Shown here piece by piece: positions 36,930-48,971 of a stretch of DNA of 64,000 bases. Each line of letters starts with the position of its first letter. Positions within the stretch are counted from its first letter, which is position 1. Under the pieces are notes generated by a model. That model was not told where the DNA came from. It did not search any database and worked only from the letters and a program-made list of their open reading frames with translations. The position numbers were made by a program, and so were the translations under genes. Source of the stretch: Haliotis rufescens (lineage: Eukaryota); NCBI RefSeq assembly GCF_023055435.1, contig NW_025963802.1, forward strand, positions 5,208,001 to 5,272,000, in the 5' to 3' direction.

Positions 36930-37612
36930 CACTCACTCAAATAGGGCTTGGGACTGTGTGTGGGTGACAAGGTCCGGAGTTCACTCACTCAAATAGGGCC
37001 GGGGACTGTGTGTGGGTGGCAAGGTCCGGGGTTCACTCACTCAAATAGGGCCTGGGACTGTGTGTGGATGGCAAGGTCCGGAGTTCACTCACTCAAACAG
37101 GGCCTGGGACTGTGTGTGGATGGCAAGGTCCGGAGTTCACTCACTCAAACAGGGCCTGGGACTGTGTGTGGGTGGCAAGGTCCGGAGTTCACTCACTCAA
37201 ATAGGGCCTGGGACTGTGTGTGGATGGCAAGGTCCGGAGTTCACTCACTAAAACAGGGCCTGGGACTGTGTGTGGGTGGCAAGGTCCGGGGTTCACTCAC
37301 TAAAACAGGGCCTGGGACTGTGTGTGGGTGGCAAGGTCCGGAGTTCACCCACTCAAATAGGGCCTGGGACTGTGTGTGGGTGGCAAGGTCCGGAGTTCAC
37401 TCACTCAAACAGGGCCTGGGACTGTGTGTGGGTGGCAAGGTCCGGAGTTCACTCACTCAAATAGGGCCTGGGACTGTGTGTGGATGGCAAGGTCCGGAGT
37501 TCACTCACTCAAATGAGCCTGGAACTGTGTGTGGGTGACAAGGTCCGGAGTTCACTCACTCAAACAGAGCCTGGGACTGTGTGTAGGTGGACAGGTCCGG
37601 AGTTCACTCACA
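36930..37612. repeat. 52-bp minisatellite, about 13 units
   Basis: Unit TCACTCACTCAAATAGGGCCTGGGACTGTGTGTGGGTGGCAAGGTCCGGAGT. Confidence 0.95.
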
Positions 37613-38049
37613 AAGGGATTGAATGTAGGGATTGTGTGTAAGTGGCAGTTAGTTAGTGAAGGTTGACATGTATATGTCTCACTACATTAACCATGATTAC
37701 TTACAAGACGTTAAGCCCCATTGTTACTCTTCATGCCATTGTTTTATGCATTAACTGCCGTCCAACCTGAACCAGCTGTGTAACGATTCATTGCAAGTTT
37801 CGGTAAACCAATTTTTGGTGGAGGAAAGCAGTGCTGTACTGCTAATCCAGCCTTCAGCATACGTCACCATACACACCGCTTGAAGTAAAAGTAGCAACCT
37901 CTCACATTTGTGGTTGGTCACTTCTCATTAATTACTCTTGTTCATATTTATGACTTAATCCGTGTGGTGTGACATGGGTATATAAGCCTTGGTCCATGAG
38001 ATGAAGAGGAAGGCCTTACCCTTAGCCTAGCCATGGTTAGGCAAGGTGC

Positions 38050-38800
38050 TCCGGGGAACCAACACAATAACCACTTCCGCTGTCAGTACAGGTGTCGCTC
38101 ATGGCGATAGGTCGCACATAACAACCTCGAGAGCAAAATCAATCAAAATCGTAACTTAAATGGCCAATCTAAAAAAAGGCCAAAGAGCAAGCTGTTCAGC
38201 AAGTTAGTTCAGTGGATCAAACATCAACGATGTCAAAATCGTCGACTGATAGCGACGCTACCCCGACACCGGAGAATCAAGTGACAGCCATGTCGGTGAG
38301 CATTTTCGATGACATGAAAACATTTATTAAAGATTCACTCAAAAAAGGCAAACCTGACCTGGCACAAAATGATTATTGCATATATATCTTGTATATACCG
38401 CAGGCACGTGGCTTCCAACTGCGAACCGTACACCGACTCTTGTGAAAATGAAACAATACAGCGGACGTTGTTGGAAGATTTTAAGTCTCTGCTTGAATGT
38501 AAAACATGATCTCTCCTGTGTAAATTCATATACTGATTGGTGTCTGTCTACTAAATTGAGAAGTGGGAACAACACACTGGGAACAATGAAACTAAGAAGG
38601 GGTTGGAGCATCCCGGAGGACACCGACAATGTAAACAATGTGACGTTATTGAAGACGTTTTATTTAATTGTGAAGTATACACTTATATCTGTCACTATAT
38701 TCTCTGTTTAATTCACTCGGCATTCTCTACTTATTAGACCAAAATCAACAGAAATGTTTCCAATTGTGTCTTCAAAAATGTCAACTCAGAAAATAAATCC
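38050..38800 (+). mobile_element. Internally deleted LINE relic (ORF1-like start plus ORF2 C-terminal zinc-finger remnant; RTEX/CR1-group-like)
   Basis: 38212-38360 is ORF1-like (...MSVSIFDDMKTFIKDSL). 38540-38680 gives LSTKLRSGNNTL...R...IP..HRQCKQCDVIED.FLFNCEVY across frameshifts, resembling the LINE ORF2 KLR...L.IE.GR...R.C..C..IEDE.HF...C..Y motif. Confidence 0.55.
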
Positions 38801-38855
38801 TTCCTTTGGATGAAACTTAGGATATTCGAGAAAACATACCATCAATCTAATAGCC

Positions 38856-39390
38856 TTAAATGCAGTCGACCATAACGAATGTTCGGCGAAAATCATTGGA
38901 TTCGACAGATGTGTACAGCAATGCCATCTGGATGTAATGACAAAATGAAAAAGTCTTTGGCAGTCCTTCTAACCAACGAACTGCAAATATCAATGTATTG
39001 AATCTGTTTCTGCCATCCCCAAAAACGTCGACGTAGCCATGGACAAGTAAGAACGAAGGCCAAATGATAACATTCATTTGGAAGATTTGTTGGCACTCCT
39101 TCAGGAAGCATTGGGACTGCACAAAATAAGAACAAGACTATATTCTGGGTCACTGAAAGAAATTTAACGACTCCAGCAACTTTTGCTGATAGGTGGGCCT
39201 ACACACTGTAATAGCCAACGGTATCGACTAGAGATTATATCTCTTGATATCGGTTTGAAACGTTTGGCCAAACGAGAAACAGACTCCATTAAATCAGACA
39301 AAGACCGCATGTTCTTGAATGTGAAATTTGAGTCCGATGTCCAGGGTAACGCCATTACTCTTCGTCTGATTGTTGTTGTCCAATAGTGTA
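38856..39390 (-). mobile_element. Decayed CR1/L2-type LINE RT C-terminal fragment
   Basis: Minus strand gives GVTLDIGLKF.I...YNL..IP..ITV..PTYQQKL..L...Q..RI..S..F, with stops; resembles the LINE post-RT region. Confidence 0.4.
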
Positions 39391-39464
39391 TATACATGTT
39401 TACATAGTATAGTCTATAGTAGAGAGACGGAGGGACGACGGCGGGAGGGAAGGAGGGAGGGAGG

Positions 39465-39467
<3 letters not shown>

Positions 39468-39517
<50 letters not shown>
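39468..39517. repeat. (GA)n microsatellite
   Basis: Visible. Confidence 0.95.
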
Positions 39518-39518
<1 letters not shown>

Positions 39519-40171
39519 TTAAATTGCACAATAACTTTTTGTCCTTTGTCAATGTGAAATTCGAAATATCGAATATCGCGGATCCTTCTCTTCTAATTCA
39601 GGACCATACTATACATAGTTTACACATCAATGCGAATGCGCTCACTGAATCAATGATCCGGTCATGTATATCTCACTGTTTTATATTAATGAGTTTTGAA
39701 TATACAGTGGTGCCTGATCTGGAGCAGTATCACTGAACCGTATTGTATTCACCGTTTGTACAAATATTAAACGCCAACGCCAGGGAATAATCAGTCTCGG
39801 TTATAGACTGAAACAGATCCCATTGGGCGTAAAAAGTCAAAATAGTGATTGAAGTTATATGAATTGATCAATGTAATTATCTGTGAAGACACTAGGTGTC
39901 ACTGTCTATTTACCCACTAAGGCTACCCGACAGCCCCTAATGATTAAATAACAAATTTGCTTCGGTATATTATACTGTTATCTTATCTATCTGGTTTTAT
40001 GTTATCTTGTAAATTCCCGTGATTATAATTAACATGTTTAGCATGAAATCTCATTAAAATCAAATCTTTTACTCCATCGAAGCTGGTTGTCTCTTCTCTA
40101 ACCTTATATCGTTTCACGCAGGCAAAAAACTCATCAGAGATGGCAGTTTAGATAACTCTCAACGATAAATA

Positions 40172-41491
40172 TACTGAACCAAATTAAAAACTTCACAATC
40201 CTAAAATTTTAACATTTTGACCAGTTATCACTGTGGCCCTTATTGTGTATTTAAACAGTAATGGCCACGTATTGTCTTCAGATAACACCCGTTTTTGTGC
40301 AGGTGAATCGATCAAAATCATGTGCACAGCACTATAGTAGCAAAAGTTGTTTTTCACGTGCAACTGGTCACGTGGCCATAATACCGCACGTGTCTACAGC
40401 AAACGGGTACCACCGCTGATCGCCTTTGACCAGGTCGACCACGTGTGACGTCACATGCAGAGGATCGTCAGATTGTCTAACGTCACCTCCGTTACCGATT
40501 TTGGACGGCTACATCAACCAGAAATGAACTGTTTAGGGATAGACTGAGTGCGCAAACTGTATGAGAACTGCTCACCTTCAAGCACGACGGCCATACTGCG
40601 GGCCGATTCTGACTCAATTACACAGACGTTAACGTCAATTGTGGGCACAGCGACACTTACGATGGACTCAGATGAACTGGAATCAAGTCGTCTTCAGTGA
40701 TGAATCCCGATTTAATCTTCGATTTGCTGATGGTAGGGCGAGGGTGTGGAGACGCCGTCATGAACGTTACGCCCAGTGTTGTGTACAGGAAGTTGACAGA
40801 TTTCGAGGCGGAAGTGTCATGATGTGGGGTGTTTTCTGTGGCAATGCACGTTCCAGGCTTCTTGTCATCCGTGGCAACATCAACGCTGCTGCTTACCGCG
40901 ACCAGGTACTGGCACCAGAACTTCTGCCTTTTATGGCAGCACATGGACCCGGTTTGATCTTCCAACACGACAATGCCAGACCCCACACAGCAATTTTGAC
41001 AAGGAATTTCCTTCAGAATGCAGGAGTCAACGTCATGGACTGGCCGTCAAGGTCTCCCGACCTCAATCCCATCGAACACGTCTGGGATGCTCTTGGCAGA
41101 AGTCTGCGCACTCTCCAGAACCATCCACAGAATTTGCAAGATCTTGGCACCATTTTGCAGCAACAATGGCGTCGTCTTCCCAATCATGTGTTCACAAGCA
41201 ACACAAGGTCCATGCGGAGGCGTTGTGTGGCAGTTGTCAACGCACATGGTGGCCATACACGCTACTGAACTTGTGTACCATCAGATTCCCGTGCTTGGGA
41301 CTTATGATTTAAACTGTTGATGTTATTACCGAATACTTTTGGTGCTTGGAACGAATTATGGTTACCACCGTTAATTAAAATCCTTCTTTGGACATTAATG
41401 ATTAAAAATTACCTTCTCTGATAGATTTGTCCGTTGTATATCATATATGGGATTACTTTTAAAAATGTGAAGTTTTTAATTTGACTCAGTA
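40172..41491 (+). mobile_element. Tc1-family DNA transposon (DD34E), internally deleted copy
   Basis: TIRs TACTGAACCAAATTAAAAACTTCACA / TGTGAAGTTTTTAATTTGACTCAGTA with flanking TA. ORF 40639-41268 has VVFSDESRF, FQHDNARPH, WPSRSPDLNPIE (34 residues between D and E) and GGHTRY. Most of the N-terminal HTH coding region is deleted. Confidence 0.92.
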
Positions 41492-44400
41492 TATATTGTA
41501 AAATATAGAGCTCACCAACTAAAATGTTAGATCTACTGGCAATGAAAGCCTTTGAATGTTTAAAATCGATTTAACGTTTAAAATACAAGGTATAGAAGGG
41601 ACAAGGTTGTTTTACGTTCTTGCACGTTGACACGTTGACACGTTGACAAAAGGTTACATTTGTGATGTGCTTAGACAGACATACATACATGTGGCATATT
41701 AGGGTTTCAATTCAAAGGTCGACTTTCGCTTCTTGATCATTTTTGGACATAGAATTACCGTCATTTGTCCCCTTGCAAAACTATTGCAAATAAACGTGCT
41801 GGTCATTTCGTAAACTCCGCAATGCTTCAGTGGATGATATATACTCACAAATAGATCAACTTCCCGAGGCACGCGTGCCCACAAGCGTATATCAGTGCCT
41901 AGTTTCTACTCTTGCCATTTCAAGCCTACATGTGTTGGCTGGATCGTGGCGCCACCCCGTGTAGAACACGGATTGTGTCCATTCTGAGGAAAACGCGATA
42001 CCTAACCAGATCGTTGTTCTTATTTCGAATGGCTTCACAAAGACGACTACAATAGCAGACGACCTGGTCGATCAGATAACGAAAAAAAAAATGATGTCTC
42101 ATCCCTGACAGACAAACAGAGTACCACAGTTAAGATATGTATTACTGCCGCATTTCGCTCTTGTGAGACTAGTGAGACTACACAGTGACGTTACAATGCA
42201 CATCGCAGCAACATGAAACGTTCGGCGGGGTGTCGTCTAAACATAGCACTGCATCTCAGTCATAAGCGCCTAACCGAGCACCTTACCGTGGCACAATTGT
42301 TGTAATTCTTTAAAAATGCTATTGAACCCTGACCTACACATCTGACCTAACTATTTGGTTACATGGAAATGAAATTATCCCGAGTCCTGCACAGTAGGCT
42401 CACTGAAGGGAAATACATGTATCATCAGCTAGATTATATAAATATATGATAATAGATTCGTGTAATATATAAAGGCAAAATATATTGTTCAGTCCATTTT
42501 GGTACTTAGCAGGAAGCTGACACCTTGATGGTGAATATCTGAAACGCAATCAATTTGAAATTCCCTTATATAGTATTTACGACATAGCCATCTGTAATCG
42601 GACATTGAAAGTAAAGTGAGTGTGTTTAATGTCACTTTGAACAATTTTATGTCGCCGGGTCAGTTTATTGTGGAAGGAAATCCTGAGATGGTGATGGACT
42701 TCAATGTTACCACGTCAGTGATTCCCACTGGTACGGGTATGATGCTGATACACCAAGGCCATTCATGGCGGAGTTAGGATTCGAATCAACGATCATCAGA
42801 TTCGACCACGCCAAAAGGACGCCACTCTGTGCAGCCAATTGCGTCACCTTAGATGAATATGTCACCCGTTCCATACTGCAAGTTACGAATATGTGTTTTG
42901 TAAAAATTGATTCAAAGTGTGTTCGTGCAATTCTGAAATACCTTCAAGCTTTTCAAGCATATTGTTTCTGCATAAGGGGTGTTTTGCAAGTAAAAATCTA
43001 GAGCAACGTAAATAAATTACGCGTACAGTTGTGATCTACTCACTAGAAACATTGAATTCTCTGACTCCCCTGTAAATTAAGTAACACTCAGACGGGTGTT
43101 TAACAACAACGGGGAACACTTAATATTACAGATAAATTGTTTTGCCTAATAAATGAGTTCATTTCACATTACAGATATTAGAAAAAGATAAAATTACAAA
43201 TCTTGAACAAAGTTAATGCCTTTCTATGTATTTCATGGGTATATGCAAGCATGATTTTTGGATAATATTAAATGAATAGTGAGACCAAGGTAACCTAATC
43301 ATGATCGAAAAAAGCAGGTGGTTTTCAGCTATTGTGCTTTTTTAATTTGTTTAACACCAGTGATTTAGAACCAATGGAAAGACATACACAAACATGACAA
43401 TTAGCATTTGGGAAATGGTAGATATTTCCTTGGTGTCAGTGTATGCAGATCCGTTAGATCCGTTAGATTTTGTTTTGTTCAGACTCGTATGTGTAGATTT
43501 GTAGCTCACACATAACACTACTTGCGGGAGACAATTACTTGTCATTGAATAGTTCATAATTTTTCAGCTTGTTTTCGTGTGTACGTATTGAAATATTTGG
43601 GGTGTAACGTCAAAACACTTCAGCGTATAACATCAATTCGGATAAGAAGAACTTAGGGAATACTCCTCAATCGTGCATGGTAAAGAGATAATAGTTTTGA
43701 GGATGACACATATTCGTTTCTTTTGATTACAAAGACACGGAGGCGACATTAAACCCGAATGCGTTATCATCTGTTTTCTTTACAATCATAACAATGATTC
43801 TGCGGCTGTAGATTCATACAATAAGAGGCAGCGTTAATTAAAGTAACTTGATGCTTGAGGTATAGGAGTGAATACAGAAATGAACACGACTGAATACGTT
43901 GTACTTACTGAATACGTTGTACTTGAGTGCGTAATGCTTAACTCTTCAAACTGTTACTGTTCATTAATAAACTTATGTAAAGGTATGTGTATTTCTATTA
44001 GAGTCTTTAAACAAGGCATAGATCTTTTTGCTCCAAAAACACATTATGACCCCATACGTCTTAATCGAGTTTGGACACCAGCCATGCATACAGGTCAAGG
44101 GCTTCCTGAGTGTCCTTTGGTTTTGTCTTCCCTTTGAGCAAGAGGAGATTCCGGCAGACGGTCTCGAATTATTCTTCACATCCTGAAGGACGGGATATGG
44201 TGCACATTGACTTAATAGCGTGGATGCATCAACCTCAGTCTTGTGATCAACCGTGCCGGAAACATGTAACTTGGGTTTCACGGAATGTCACAGCCGGAAA
44301 CACCGGAATGAGCGACGGACATTTTGCCCATTTTGGTGACGGAACCCGGGTCTCAGCGTAACGCGCCGATGCTTTAACCACAAGGCTCCCCCATCTCATA

Positions 44401-44520
44401 ATACATGATTGTTTGCCTAATTTGCATACTTATATTAACTTATATAACATTTTTCTACTGTATGACCTGCAAAATGATCTCAATGCAAAAGCAAGTGATA
44501 TAAGGTAAACATACTGACAG

Positions 44521-44890
44521 GTGAAGCTGTTACTTCTCTTGAAAACTACATCAATGTTGGTTTGTTTCTTTGAGTCCCTGGATTTTGTGGCTTACAGTTC
44601 CAAAGCAGGGGCTGAAAACTTGTTTCAGTGGTTTAGTTCACTGGTGAGATGTTGCTTGGTAGAACAGATGTTGTAGATGTTGTAGAACTAAACCATCTCA
44701 AACAAGTTTTCACACTGTACAGCCACTACCCCGAACAGCTGGTGCAACAGGCAATACAGAGCATCACCAAGCAAACTCAGAATTCTCCCCGTCATCAATC
44801 GTGATCAGCCTCCCCTACTTTCAAATTGTTAGCCAGAGACTCTAAAAGAAACAGGCCAACATTGATGAAGTTTTAAAGAGGTTTCTGCAT
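44521..44890. mobile_element. Penelope-like RT thumb/linker fragments in inverted orientation
   Basis: Plus strand from 44685 translates ELNHLKQVFTLYSHYPEQLVQQAI...SLPYF. Minus strand 44670-44521 gives ICSTKQHLTSELNH.KQVF...VSHKI..., with frameshifts. Inverted repeat 44615-44640 vs 44685-44710. Confidence 0.6.
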
Positions 44891-44994
44891 TTAACTATGA
44901 TGCTCGTCATTTTAGAAAATTCAGCATTCAGAACACCATTAAAGCCACAGACAATATCGTCATATCTCGTTTCAATATCGCAGTATCGCAATTT

Positions 44995-46205
44995 CGTGTC
45001 GTGCTATTGCAATGTCGCGTCGTGTTATCCCCATGTCGATGCGTGTTATCGGAATGTCGCGTCGTGTTATCGCCATGTCGTGTCGTGCTATTGCAATGTC
45101 GCGTCGTGTTATTACCATGTCGTGTCGTGCTATTGGAAGGTCGCGTCGTGTTATCCCCATGTCGTTGCGTGTTATCGGAAGGTCGTGTCGTGTTATCCCC
45201 ATGTCGTTGCGTGTTATCGGAAGGTCGTGTCGTGTTATCGCCATGTTTTGTCGTGCTATTGGAATGTCGCGTCGTGTAATCGCCGTGTCGTATCGTGCTA
45301 TTGGAAGGTCGCGTCGTGCTATCGCTATGTCGTTGCGTGTAATCGGAATGTCGCGTCGTCTTATCGCCATGTCGTTGCGTGTTATCGGAATGTCGCGTCG
45401 TGTTATCGCCATGTCGTGTCGTGCTATCGGAATGTCGCGTCGTGCTATCGCCATGTCGTTGCGTGTTATCAGAATGTCGCATCCTGTTATCGCCATGTCG
45501 TGTCGTGCTATCGGAATGTCGCGTCGTGCTATCGCCATGTCGTATCGTGCTATTGGAAGGTCGCGTCGTGCTATCGCCATGTCGTTGCGTGTAATCGGAA
45601 TGTCGCGTTGTGTTTTCGCCATGTCGTTGCGTGTTATCGGAATGTCGCGTCGTGTTATCGCCATGTCTTGTCGTGCTATCGGAATGTCGCGTCGTGCTAT
45701 CGCCATGTCGTTGCGTGTTATCGGAATGTCGCATCCTGTTATCGCCATGTCGTGTCGTGCTATCGGAATGTCGCGTCGTGCTATCGCCATGTCGTATCGT
45801 GCTATTGGAAGGTCGCGTCGTGCTATCGCCATGTCGTTGCGTGTAATCGGAATGTCGCGTTGTGTTATCGCCATGTCGTTGCGTGTTATCGGAAGGTCGC
45901 GTCGTGTTATCGCCATGTCTTGTCGTGCTATTGGAATGTCGCGTCGTGTTATCGCCATGTCGTTGCGAGGTTATGGGAATGTCGCGTCGTGTTATCGCCA
46001 TGTCGTTGCGTGTTATGGGAATGTCGCGTCGTGTTATCGCCATGTCGTGTCGTGCTATCGGAAGGTCGCGTCGTGCTATCGCCATGTCGTTGCGTGTTAT
46101 GGGAATGTCGCGTCGTATTATCGCAATGTCTTGTCGTGCTATCGGAATGTCGCGTCGTGCTATCGGAATGTCGCGTCGTGCTATCGCCATGTCGTTGCGT
46201 GTTAT
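44995..46205. repeat. CpG-rich 21-bp satellite with alternating (42-bp) higher-order structure
   Basis: Alternating ATCGCCATGTCGT(TG/GT)CGTG(T/C)T and ATCGGAATGTCGCGTCGTG(T/C)T monomers over about 1.2 kb. Confidence 0.95.
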
Positions 46206-46254
46206 CATTTGGATATATCCTTAAAGTGTAATGAATAGCCTTGTTAGGATAGTA

Positions 46255-46416
46255 GTGAGTGAGTACGGTTTTACGCCGTTTTTAGCAACATTCCAGCAAT
46301 ATCACGGCGGGGGACACCAGAAATGGGCTTCACACATTGTACCCATGTCGGGAATCGAACCCGGTTCTTCGGCGTGACGAGCGAACGCTTTAACCACTAG
46401 GCTACCCGACCGCCCC
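46255..46416 (-). mobile_element. Full-length SINE family A (tRNA-Asp-like head)
   Basis: Head GGGGCGGTCGGGTAGCCTAGTGGTTAAAGCGTTCGCTCGTCACGCCGAAGAACCGGGTTCGATTCCCGAC; 13-bp TSD TGTTAGGATAGTA; ACTC tail. Confidence 0.88.
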
Positions 46417-46910
46417 TGTTAGGATAGTAAACGAAACTCGATTGGTCCGCAGTCCCTTAGAGTTTATAGTTGGTTGTAGTTGCAACAGTGAATGTTTTAT
46501 AGCATACACAACGAGACAGCTAGGTACGTAATGAATGTAATTTGGCTTAAGGGACCATATATTATATATTTTGCAGTTCCAGCCTCTGACCCAATCTCAT
46601 CGTAAATACCCTTGGCGGTTGGTAATTTAGTTGTTGCATACAATAACTATTTAAAGCTTGCATTAATATCGAGGCAGCGAGAATATCTCTGAGCCATTAC
46701 CCACAACTTGGAACCTGTGACGTATTCAAACTGTATGCATAGTCCTTTTTTTAAACTGATGCATAATTATGACCGCATGAAAAAGGACAAAAACTGTGAA
46801 TGTAACAATGAGCATGAACTGCAATGCGTCAATATAACATCCATATTAAAGAGTGAATACATTTCGTCATACAATAAAACACTCGAAAACGTTAATGTTA
46901 AAGAATATAT

Positions 46911-48242
46911 AAATTACAAACTTCACATTTTTAAAAGTTATCCCATATATGATATACAACTGACAAATGTATCAGAGAAGGTAATTTTTAATCATTAATG
47001 TCCAAAGAAGGATTTGGGAAGACGACGCCATTGTTGCTGCAAAATGGTGCCAAGATCTTGCAAATTCTGTGGATGGTTCTGGAGAGTGCGCAGACTTCTG
47101 CCAAGAGCATCCCAGACGTGTTCGATGGGATTGAGGTCGGGAGACCTTGACGGCCAGTCCATGACGTTGACTCCTGCATTCTGAAGGAAATTCCTTGTCA
47201 AAATTGCTGTGTGGGGTCTGGCATTGTCGTGTTGGAAGATCAAACCGGGTCCATGTGCTGCCATAAAAAAGGCAGACGTTCTGGTGCCAGTACCTGGTCG
47301 CGGTAAGCAGCAGCGTTGAGGTTGCCACGGATGACAAGAAGCCTGGAACGTGCATTGCCACAGAAAGCACCCCACACCATGACACTTCCGCCTCGAAATC
47401 TGTCAACTTCCTGTACACAACACTAGGCGTAACGTTCATGACGGTGCCTCCACACCCTCGCCCTACCATCAGCAAATCGAAGATTAAATCGGGATTCATC
47501 ACTGAAGACGACTTGATTCCAATTCCCCTGAGTCCATCGTAAGTGTCGCTGTGCCCACAATTGACGTTGACGTCTGTGTAATTGAGTCAGAATCGGCCCG
47601 CAGTATGGCCGTCGTGCTTGAAGGTGAGCAGTTCTCAGACGGTTTCGGACAGTTTGCGCACTCATTCTACCCCTAAATGGTTCATTTCTGGTTGATGTAG
47701 CCGTCAAAAATTGGTTACGGAGGTGACGTAAGACAATCTAACGATCCTCTGCATGTGACGTCACACGTGGTCGACCTGGCCGAGGGCGATCAGCGGTGGT
47801 ACCCGTTTGCTGTAGACGCGTCTGTAAATCATAAACAGTCCGTCGACTACAACCCATCGTCCTTGCGACTTCAGCTACGGACGTTCCCGTCTGCAACATG
47901 CCGATGGCACGTTCAAGTTGCACATTTGAAAGGCGTGGCATGACAAATGGCCGTAAAGACTTTTGTTTTCTTGTGTTTTTCTTTTTTTTGTTAAAGAATG
48001 CTAACATGTATGGCTGAAAACACGTGCGGTATTATGGCCACGTGATCAGTTGCACGTGAAAAACCACTTTTGCCACTATAGTGCTGAGCACATGATTTTG
48101 ATCGATTCACCTACACAAAAACGCGTGTGATCTGAAGACAATACGTGGCCATTACTGTTTAAATACACATTAAGGGCCCACAATGATAACTGGTCAAACT
48201 GTTAAAATTTTAGGATTGTGCAGTTTTTACTTTGGTTCAGTA
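46911..48242 (-). mobile_element. Tc1-family transposon, same family as 40172-41491, inverted, frameshifted and 3'-deleted
   Basis: Near-identical to the plus-strand copy. Keeps ATG at 47941 (MPRLSNVQLERAIGMLQ...RPGRPRVT), FSDESRF, HDNARPH and SPDLNPIE. 5' TIR intact at 48217-48242; 3' TIR truncated at about 46911. Confidence 0.9.
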
Positions 48243-48971
48243 AATTATTGTATGAATAGTCTCGATATTTTGGTATAATTAAGTCTTAAACGAAACCATG
48301 TTTTTTAAATGATTTAATATAGAAGGTGTAACACCATATTAAAACATGCTTTAATTATTCTCATTCCTTGAAACTACCACATCATTAAATGCAAAATTTG
48401 AAGATTATTGTGGTAAAATGTTCATTTCAAATTGATGAGTAAATTTGGGAAAAGGGTAAAATATGAAAACTTTTAAAATTATGGTCTTTGTTTTGCAAGA
48501 TGTTCTTTTTAATAGGTTAATCGTTTCACTTAAAAAATATATCTGTTTTCGCAGGTGCAGCTGAAAGAAATATCTCGTCTTCATACACAATCCGAGACCT
48601 CCTCTCCCAGCCTCCAGAATATCAATGGTCGGTCCCTCGTAGTTCTAGTTTCATTTCTGCATACGATCTCTCCTGAAAACAAAATCAGTCAACATTTTAT
48701 TGCATTGATTAGTTATGCATTGATACATATGTACGAACCGCATTCAGGTTTGACGTTTCTGTGCAACATTCCTGTATCTGATTTTGAAATAGCGTGAAAT
48801 ATATGTATGTGTCACCACTGACTGCATGTGGTTGACGGTGTATCAAGTTTCGCTGTTAAAATATCATTTGAATGATAATAGAGATATTTCACAGGTGCCT
48901 CCTGAGACACATCACCATCATTCATCATCACACGGCTGTTCTCAGACGTCGGTTTCGCGAGGACAGAATCC

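Noticed and set aside
36930-37612. 52-bp regular array as CRISPR, or the 196-aa ORF as a gene
   Set aside because: No unique spacers, and the context is eukaryotic; the ORF is a repeat translation.
46340-46416. tRNA-Asp gene (and similar heads at 51851, 61350, 33165)
   Set aside because: Imperfect cloverleaf, continues into a SINE body and tail, multi-copy, and TSD-flanked where checked.
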